Assembly (NCBI GenBank): GCA_027064305.1 | Contig: JAMOPY010000044.1 | Location: forward strand, 1-30,205 | Source: Methanobacteriota archaeon | Lineage (GTDB): Archaea > JAADCQ01 > Methanopyri > Methanopyrales > Methanopyraceae | Length of the DNA stretch: 30,205 nucleotides | Reading direction: 5' to 3' | Part shown: piece after piece, positions 24,661 through 30,205 of the stretch | Numbering within the stretch: the stretch's first letter is position 1 | Layout of the letters: each line of letters begins with the position of its first letter | The notes under the pieces: model-generated | What the model was told of the DNA's origin: nothing | What the model saw: only the letters and a program-made list of their open reading frames with translations | Databases searched by the model: none | Translations under genes and position numbers: made by a program

Positions 24661-24683
24661 ATCGTTACGAATCTCATAACGAT
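24661..24683. repeat. Perfect spaced palindrome ATCGTTA-N9-TAACGAT
   Basis: Read directly, between the convergent ths and DUF131-like genes. Confidence 0.8.
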
Positions 24684-24695
24684 CGTCGCCCGGGC

Positions 24696-24950
24696 CTAGG
24701 GCCCGCGCACGCTCCACCACCACGCGAGCGCAAGCACCATCAGCACCAGCGCCACCAGGGCCGCCAGCAGCGCCATCTTCGGCGAACTACCCACCACCAC
24801 CGGCACCGGGCCGATCAGGATCACCCCTCCCCACTCGCCCCGCCCCGAGGCACTCTTAACCACCGCCAGCAGGACCGCCGCCAGGAGCAGCAACACTCCG
24901 AGCAGCGTGAGCACCACGCCCACCCGCACGAGATCCTCCGGCCTCACCAC
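24696..24950 (-). CDS. DUF131/TIGR00304-like small membrane protein
   Basis: Two TM helices flanking WGGVILIGPVPVVVGS. Confidence 0.85.
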   Translation of the reverse strand: MVRPEDLVRVGVVLTLLGVLLLLAAVLLAVVKSASGRGEWGGVILIGPVPVVVGSSPKMALLAALVALVLMVLALAWWWSVRGP

Positions 24951-24977
24951 GCCCGACCACCCCCCGGGGGATGCGGG

Positions 24978-25802
24978 TTGAGGGCGATCGACGCGTACGT
25001 GAGGAACCTGGACCGCCTCATGATCGTCACGCTCGCGTTCACCGCCGCGTGCGCGGGGGCCCTGCTGACCGTCGGGATCAAGCTCGGGGTGGACCTCAAG
25101 GGCGGCACCATGCTGGTGCTGAAGTCCAACCAGGACCCCGACACGCTCGCGCGGCAGGCATCACGGGTCCTCGGCGTCCCCGACGTGCAGGCGGTCCGCT
25201 CCTCGCGGGGCGTGATCCTGCTACAGGTGCCTAAGTACCTGTCCGCGGGCGACGCCTCGAGGCTAGAGCGCTCCCTCCACGTCAAGATCGAGTCGATGCA
25301 GACCGTCGGACCCGCCCTCGGCCGAGCCTTTTGGCGGAGCGTGAAGATCGCGGTCCCGCTCGCCATCGTCGCCGTCGCGGCGATCGTCTTCGCGATCTTC
25401 CGGCGACCGCTGCTGAGCGCGACCGTCCTGGCGGCCCTGGCCCTCGACCTGATCGACGCCCTGGGCCTCATGTCGCTCACGGGCATCCCGCTGACGCTCG
25501 CCAGCTTCGCCGGGCTGCTCATGATCATCGGCTACGCGGTGGACAGCAACATCCTCCTCTCCATGTACACGGTCAAGCGCCGCCGGGCCCGCACGGTGGA
25601 GGCGTCCATCCGGGAATCCTTCAAGACGGGCATGACCATGACGCTGACCACGTCCGCGGCCGCGGGGGCGCTGTTCCTCCTCTCCGCCTCGGAGGCGATC
25701 TTCGAGATCGCGGCCGTGGTCGTGTTCGGCCTGCTCGCCGACGTGCTCAACACGTGGGTGTTCAACGCCTGGGTGATCAAAGAGAAGATCGCGGGGCGGT
25801 GA
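24978..25802 (+). CDS. secF: Protein translocase subunit SecF
   Basis: LGVDLKGGT, VGPALG, LMIIGYAVDSNILL, GLLADVLNTWVFNA. Confidence 0.93.
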   Translation: MRAIDAYVRNLDRLMIVTLAFTAACAGALLTVGIKLGVDLKGGTMLVLKSNQDPDTLARQASRVLGVPDVQAVRSSRGVILLQVPKYLSAGDASRLERSLHVKIESMQTVGPALGRAFWRSVKIAVPLAIVAVAAIVFAIFRRPLLSATVLAALALDLIDALGLMSLTGIPLTLASFAGLLMIIGYAVDSNILLSMYTVKRRRARTVEASIRESFKTGMTMTLTTSAAAGALFLLSASEAIFEIAAVVVFGLLADVLNTWVFNAWVIKEKIAGR

Positions 25803-27022
25803 GGTTGAGCCTCGGATGGTTGAGGGAGCGCTGGCGCCTGATCGTCATCGCCCTCGTCTGGGTCGCCTCCATCACCTCGCTCGCCGTGAAGGGACTGAAC
25901 CTGGGGCTGGAGCTGAAGGGAGGCACGATGGTCATCGCCCGCACGGACCACCCGCTCAGCAAGAAGGAGATGGATCAGACCGTCTCCGTCCTGCAGAACC
26001 GACTCTCCACGTTCGGGTTCAAGGGGATCAAGGTCCAGCCGGTGGGCCGGAACCACATCATCGTGATGATGCCCGGGACGCCCCCGAAGGAGGCGGTGGA
26101 GCTCATCACCCGGCCCGGCAAGTTCGAGGCCAAGTACAAGGGCAGGACGGTGCTGACGGGCCAGGACATCGAGTCCGTTGAATCCTACCGGATCCAACGG
26201 GTCGAGGGCGGGTACGAGTGGGAGGTCCCCTTCCGACTGACCCCGGAGGGCGCGAAGAGGTTCGCCGAGGTGGCCAAGCGGGCGCCCGGGCAGCCGATCG
26301 ACATGTACCTTGACAACAAGAAGGTCTCCAGCCCGCGGATCTCCCAGGACCTGGCCGAGGCGGCCGCCTCCGGGCGCGTAGAGCGGGAGATCGAGATCCA
26401 GGGCAGCGCGCCCACCCGCGAGCAGGCCGAGCGGGAGGCCAGGGAGATCATGGCGGTGCTCCGCTCGGGACAGCTGCCGGCGAAACTCATCCCGGAGGGC
26501 GTGTACTCGGTGTCCGCCACCCTGGGCCAGAACTTCCTGAGGATGGCCGTGATCGCCGGGGCGGTCGCGTTCGTCGCGGTGTCCCTCATCATCGCGCTGC
26601 GGTACCGGGAGCCCCGCGTCGTGGGCCCGATCCTCTTCACGGGCTCCTCCGAGGTGGCCTTCCTCCTCGGCGTGGCCTCGCTCACCGGGTACACCATCGA
26701 CCTGCCGGCGCTCGCCGGAATCATCCTCTCGATCGGTAGCGGCGTCGACGACCTGATCGTGATCACCGACGAGGTGGTCCGCGGGGGCGGCAGGGGGAGA
26801 AAGGGCGAGGAGGTCCCGCTGAGGCAGCGGATCAAGCGGGCGTTCAGCGTCGTCCTGGCCTCGTTCGCGACGCTGGCGGCGGCCATGGCCGCCCTGTTCT
26901 TCGCCGGCATGGGGCTGCTGAAGGGCTTCGCCATCATGACGGTGCTGGGCGCCCTGTACGGCGTCTCGATCACCAGACCCGTGTACGCGGATCTACTCCG
27001 ATCGCTCCTGCACGGAGAGTGA
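25799..27022 (+). CDS. secD: Protein translocase subunit SecD
   Basis: LNLGLELKGGT, RPGKFEAK, VLRSGQLP, SATLG, IDLPALAGIILSIGSGVDDLIVITDE, LKGFA, ITRPVY; GTG 25799 overlaps the secF stop. Confidence 0.93.
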   Translation: MRLSLGWLRERWRLIVIALVWVASITSLAVKGLNLGLELKGGTMVIARTDHPLSKKEMDQTVSVLQNRLSTFGFKGIKVQPVGRNHIIVMMPGTPPKEAVELITRPGKFEAKYKGRTVLTGQDIESVESYRIQRVEGGYEWEVPFRLTPEGAKRFAEVAKRAPGQPIDMYLDNKKVSSPRISQDLAEAAASGRVEREIEIQGSAPTREQAEREAREIMAVLRSGQLPAKLIPEGVYSVSATLGQNFLRMAVIAGAVAFVAVSLIIALRYREPRVVGPILFTGSSEVAFLLGVASLTGYTIDLPALAGIILSIGSGVDDLIVITDEVVRGGGRGRKGEEVPLRQRIKRAFSVVLASFATLAAAMAALFFAGMGLLKGFAIMTVLGALYGVSITRPVYADLLRSLLHGE

Positions 27023-27065
27023 CGGGGGGTGCTACCCCACGGACCCGATCTCGGACCTGGTCACG

Positions 27066-28574
27066 GTGGGCCGGATCCTGGGGATGGTGACCAAGGTCGC
27101 CTCCCTCCTCCCCCTGCTTCCCATCCCGATCGCCCTGATCTACGGCGAGCTGTCCTGCGTGACCCCCTTCCTGCTCACGTTCGTCGCGATGCTCGCCGCC
27201 GGCCTCCTCCTGGAGCGCATTCCGGGCGACAGAAACCTGGTGAGGCCCCGGCACGCGATAGTCTCCGTGCCCATCCTGTGGCTCCTGATCCCGCTGTTCA
27301 CCGCCATCCCCTTCCACCTGTGCGAGGGGATGCCCTGGCTCGACGCCTACTTCGAGAGCATGTCCGGATGGACCACGACCGGGCTCACGGTCCTCCCGGA
27401 CGTCGACCACGCCCACCGCTCGATCCTCTTCTGGCGTAGCCTGGAGCAGTGGGTGGGCGGCCTGGGCCTCGTCGTCACGGTCATCAGCATCCTCCGATTC
27501 GAGACCCCGAGCCTGCTGTACGTGGCGGAGGCCCGGGAGGAGCGGATTCGCCCGAACGTCGTCAACACGGCCAAGGAGATGTGGAAGATCTACGCGGCGT
27601 TCACGGCGGTCGGCACCCTGGTCCTCTGGCTCCTGGGCATGAGCCCCTTCGACGCGCTCAACCACGCGATGACGGCGCTGGCCACCGGCGGGTTCTCCAC
27701 CCGCTCGGACAGCATCGCCGCCTACCGCTCGCCCGCGATCGAGCTCGCCACCTCGATCCTCATGGTGCTCGGCGCCACGAGCTTCGTGACCCACCACCGG
27801 GCGTTCAAGACCCTCCGCGTGCACCCGGGGAGCGGACCCCGGCGGCTGCTCAACGCCCTCCGGCACTACTCCCGGGACCTCCAGTTCCTCACGCTGATCG
27901 CCCTGGTGCTGCTCACGACCGCGTACATGTGCCTCCACTCGCGGTTACCGCCGCTGGAGTCCCTCCGGTACTACGGATACCAGGCCGTCTCGGCGATCAC
28001 CTGCTGCGGATTCTCGAACGCGAACGTGCCGGACTTCCCGGACCACGCCAAGGCCGCCCTCATCATGCTGATGATCGTCGGGGGCTCCACCGCCTCGACC
28101 GCGGGCGCCGTCAAGATCCTCCGGTTCCTGATCATCGGCGAGGCCATCCGGGTCGCGATCGCCCGACGCACGCGCCCCCTCCGCGGCGTCATCGTCCCCA
28201 AGCTACAGAGCCGAACGCTCTCCGAGGACGAGATCATCGACGCGTTCGCGATCGCCGGCTCCTACCTCTTCTTCGTCGTCCTGGGGGCGCTCCTCCTCGC
28301 CGGGTGCTACGGGTACCGGCCCGTGGACGCGTTCTTCGAGATCGCCTCCGCCCAGGGCGGGGTCGGACTCTCCGCCGGGATCACGGCCCCCGACGCCCCG
28401 GCCGGCGTGAAGGCGCTGCTCATCTTCCACATGTGGCTGGGCCGGCTGGAGGTCCTACCGTGCCTGGCGACCCTGTACTGGTCCCTCACGCTCCTCAGGA
28501 GGCTGCCCCCGGGGGTGGGGACGCTTGCACGTCATCATCGTGGGAGGCGGGCGGGTGGGCCGGATCTTGGCTGA
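27066..28574 (+). CDS. trkH: TrkH-family potassium uptake membrane protein
   Basis: FESMSGWTTTGLT, FWRSLEQWVGGLG, ALATGGFS, MIVGGSTASTAGAVK, MWLGRLE. Confidence 0.95.
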   Translation: MGRILGMVTKVASLLPLLPIPIALIYGELSCVTPFLLTFVAMLAAGLLLERIPGDRNLVRPRHAIVSVPILWLLIPLFTAIPFHLCEGMPWLDAYFESMSGWTTTGLTVLPDVDHAHRSILFWRSLEQWVGGLGLVVTVISILRFETPSLLYVAEAREERIRPNVVNTAKEMWKIYAAFTAVGTLVLWLLGMSPFDALNHAMTALATGGFSTRSDSIAAYRSPAIELATSILMVLGATSFVTHHRAFKTLRVHPGSGPRRLLNALRHYSRDLQFLTLIALVLLTTAYMCLHSRLPPLESLRYYGYQAVSAITCCGFSNANVPDFPDHAKAALIMLMIVGGSTASTAGAVKILRFLIIGEAIRVAIARRTRPLRGVIVPKLQSRTLSEDEIIDAFAIAGSYLFFVVLGALLLAGCYGYRPVDAFFEIASAQGGVGLSAGITAPDAPAGVKALLIFHMWLGRLEVLPCLATLYWSLTLLRRLPPGVGTLARHHRGRRAGGPDLG

Positions 28575-29184
28575 GATGTTGATCGCTCACGGTCACGACG
28601 TGGTTATAATAGAAAAGGATAAAAAGCGGGCCCAGGAGCTCGCCCAGTCCGAGCTGGACGTGCTGGTCGTGCAGGGCGACGCCACCGACCTCGACGTGCT
28701 GCAGGACGCGGAGATCGAGTCGGCCGACGTCGTCGCCGCGGTCACCGACAAGGACGAGGTGAACCTGGCCGTCTCCCTGATCGCGAAGGAGGAGTTCGGC
28801 GTCGACCGCGTCGTCTCGCGCGTCACCGACGACCGGTTCGTCGACATTTTCCGCCGGCTGGGTGTCGACGCCGTGGTGAACCCGGACCGGAGCGCCGCCC
28901 AGCTGATCGAGAAGGCGATCACCCGCCCCTACCTCGTTGACATGATCACGTTCGGCCGCGGCGAGGCCGAGCTGCTGGAGTTCGAGGTCACCGAAGGGGC
29001 CAAGGTCTCGGGCAAGCGGGTCTCCGACCTCCCCAACGACTGCGTGATCGTCGCGCTCTACCGGGATGGGGAGCTCATCCTGCCCCGCGGCGACACGGAA
29101 ATAAATCCCGGAGACCGGGTCCTCGTGCTCGCGCTCCGGGACAAGCTGAAGAAGGTGGAAAAGCTGTTTAGAAGCGGCGAGTAG
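28525..29184 (+). CDS. trkA: TrkA-family potassium uptake regulatory protein (RCK N+C)
   Basis: IIVGGGRVG, GDATD, AVTDKDEVNL, LGVDAVVNP, PRGDTEINPGDRV. Confidence 0.93.
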   Translation: MHVIIVGGGRVGRILAEMLIAHGHDVVIIEKDKKRAQELAQSELDVLVVQGDATDLDVLQDAEIESADVVAAVTDKDEVNLAVSLIAKEEFGVDRVVSRVTDDRFVDIFRRLGVDAVVNPDRSAAQLIEKAITRPYLVDMITFGRGEAELLEFEVTEGAKVSGKRVSDLPNDCVIVALYRDGELILPRGDTEINPGDRVLVLALRDKLKKVEKLFRSGE

Positions 29185-29204
29185 GAGGTCGGGCGGGAGG
29201 ACCC

Positions 29205-29528
29205 ATGACCACGGTGGCGGAGGCGCTGGACCGGATTCGGTCGGCCGAGTCCGAGGCCAAGGAGCGGGTGGAGAAGGCGCGGGAGGAGGCCGAGCGCATC
29301 GTCGAGGAGGCGGAGAAGAAGGCGGAGAAGCTGATTCGCGAGGCGGAGGAGGAGGCGCGGAAGGAGGCGGAGAAGATCCGGCGGCAGGCCGAGAAGGAGG
29401 CCGAGGACCGGGCCCGGAAGATCCGGGAGGAGGGTGAACGGGAGGCGAAGGAGCTGAGGGAGCGGGCGAAGGAGCGGATGGACGAGGCCGTGGACGCCGT
29501 CGTCAGGCTGGTCCTGGGGGAGGAGTAG
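29205..29528 (+). CDS. atpH: A-type ATP synthase subunit H
   Basis: 107-aa E/K/R/A coiled coil (EALDRIRSAESEA...AVDAVVRLV) directly upstream of subunit I; GGGAGG SD. Confidence 0.85.
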   Translation: MTTVAEALDRIRSAESEAKERVEKAREEAERIVEEAEKKAEKLIREAEEEARKEAEKIRRQAEKEAEDRARKIREEGEREAKELRERAKERMDEAVDAVVRLVLGEE

Positions 29529-29529
29529 C

Positions 29530-30205
29530 GTGGCGATCCGGGAGATGGAGGAGGTCTTCATCTTCTGCCTGAAGGAGGACGTTGCCGACACGCTGAAGCG
29601 CGTGCAGGTGGAGGGCTGCCTGCACGTCGAGAACTTCTGGGAGGTGCACGGGGTAGAACGGTTCTACGGCGTTGAGCGCCCGGAGGCCCCGGAGGAGCTG
29701 ATCAAGGTCACCGACGTGCTGGCCGGGCTCACGCGCCTGCGCGACGCGCTCCGGGAGATTCACGAGGAGCTCTCCGAGGAGGGCATCAAGGAGGCCCTCG
29801 CCTCGTTCTTCCGGGCCGAGGAGCCGGAGAAGGTCGAGTTCGAGCTCCGGCCCACCTCGGAGGTGATCGAGTCCGCGGAGCGGTTCCTAAACCGGCTGGA
29901 GGAGGAGGCCGGGGAGCGGCTGGAGCGGATCGACGAGCTGGAGGGCGAACTGGAGCGGCTGAAGGAGACCCGGGACTTCCTGGAACACGTCGCGGAGGAC
30001 TTCGACGTCGGGCACCTGGGCGAGGGCACGCACGTCGTCGCCCGGCTGTACGTGGTCCGGTCCGACGCCTGGGACGACCTGGTCGAGCGGTTGGAGGACG
30101 AGCCCGCGTACGCGGGTAAGGTGGGCGAGACCGAGGACGAGGACGTGGTGGCCGTCATCGCCCTGCCCAAGGGCGAGACGGAGCTGGAGGCCGAGATCCG
30201 CCGGA
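29530..30205 (+). CDS. atpI: A-type ATP synthase subunit I, N-terminal part (truncated by window)
   Basis: Open frame from GTG 29530: MAIREMEEVFIFCLKEDVADTLKRVQVEGCLHVE, followed by coiled-coil segments; position after atpH is typical. Confidence 0.8.
   Translation, partial: MAIREMEEVFIFCLKEDVADTLKRVQVEGCLHVENFWEVHGVERFYGVERPEAPEELIKVTDVLAGLTRLRDALREIHEELSEEGIKEALASFFRAEEPEKVEFELRPTSEVIESAERFLNRLEEEAGERLERIDELEGELERLKETRDFLEHVAEDFDVGHLGEGTHVVARLYVVRSDAWDDLVERLEDEPAYAGKVGETEDEDVVAVIALPKGETELEAEIRR

Noticed and set aside
21784-24723. 979-aa minus-strand ORF and similar long antisense ORFs (3069-4361, 15699-17060, 17480-18913)
   Set aside because: These are mirror frames of highly biased genes in GC-rich DNA, with no motifs.
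25331-25798. Apparent N-terminal extension of SecD, or a SecF-SecD fusion
   Set aside because: It is an off-frame reading of secF; SecD starts at the GTGA overlap at 25799.
29205-29528. GAGGCGGAG-type quasi-repeats as a tandem repeat or CRISPR
   Set aside because: They are explained by the E/A/K/R coiled-coil coding of AtpH; no repeat-spacer array is seen anywhere in the window.

Overview
GC-rich, densely coding archaeal core-genome segment, very likely from Methanopyrus (kandleri-like). Support: the thermosome N-terminus, class I LysRS, TiaS, a pseudomurein-type Mur ligase, A-type ATPase genes, very acidic proteins, and a tRNA-Arg(UCG) gene with C at position 8. The window holds about 33 protein genes (two truncated by the window edges), mostly housekeeping: site-2 protease, lysS, radical SAM enzymes, rps19, mvk, lig, rio2, polyferredoxin, tiaS, thermosome, secF/secD, trkH/trkA, atpH/atpI. 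I see no mobile element, CRISPR array or defence island. The most interesting signals are non-coding. (i) An AT-rich spaced palindrome, ATCGTTA-N9-TAACGAT, recurs at three gene 3' ends. (ii) Two complete box C/D guide sRNAs overlap the stop codons of rio2 and tiaS. (iii) Two genes appear to need non-canonical starts (CTG, ATC). (iv) Several divergent gene pairs have no room for promoters, while TATA-like islands lie inside coding sequence. (v) The DNA ligase has an N-terminal extension with a PIP-box-like motif. All family assignments come from motif recognition, not database searches.
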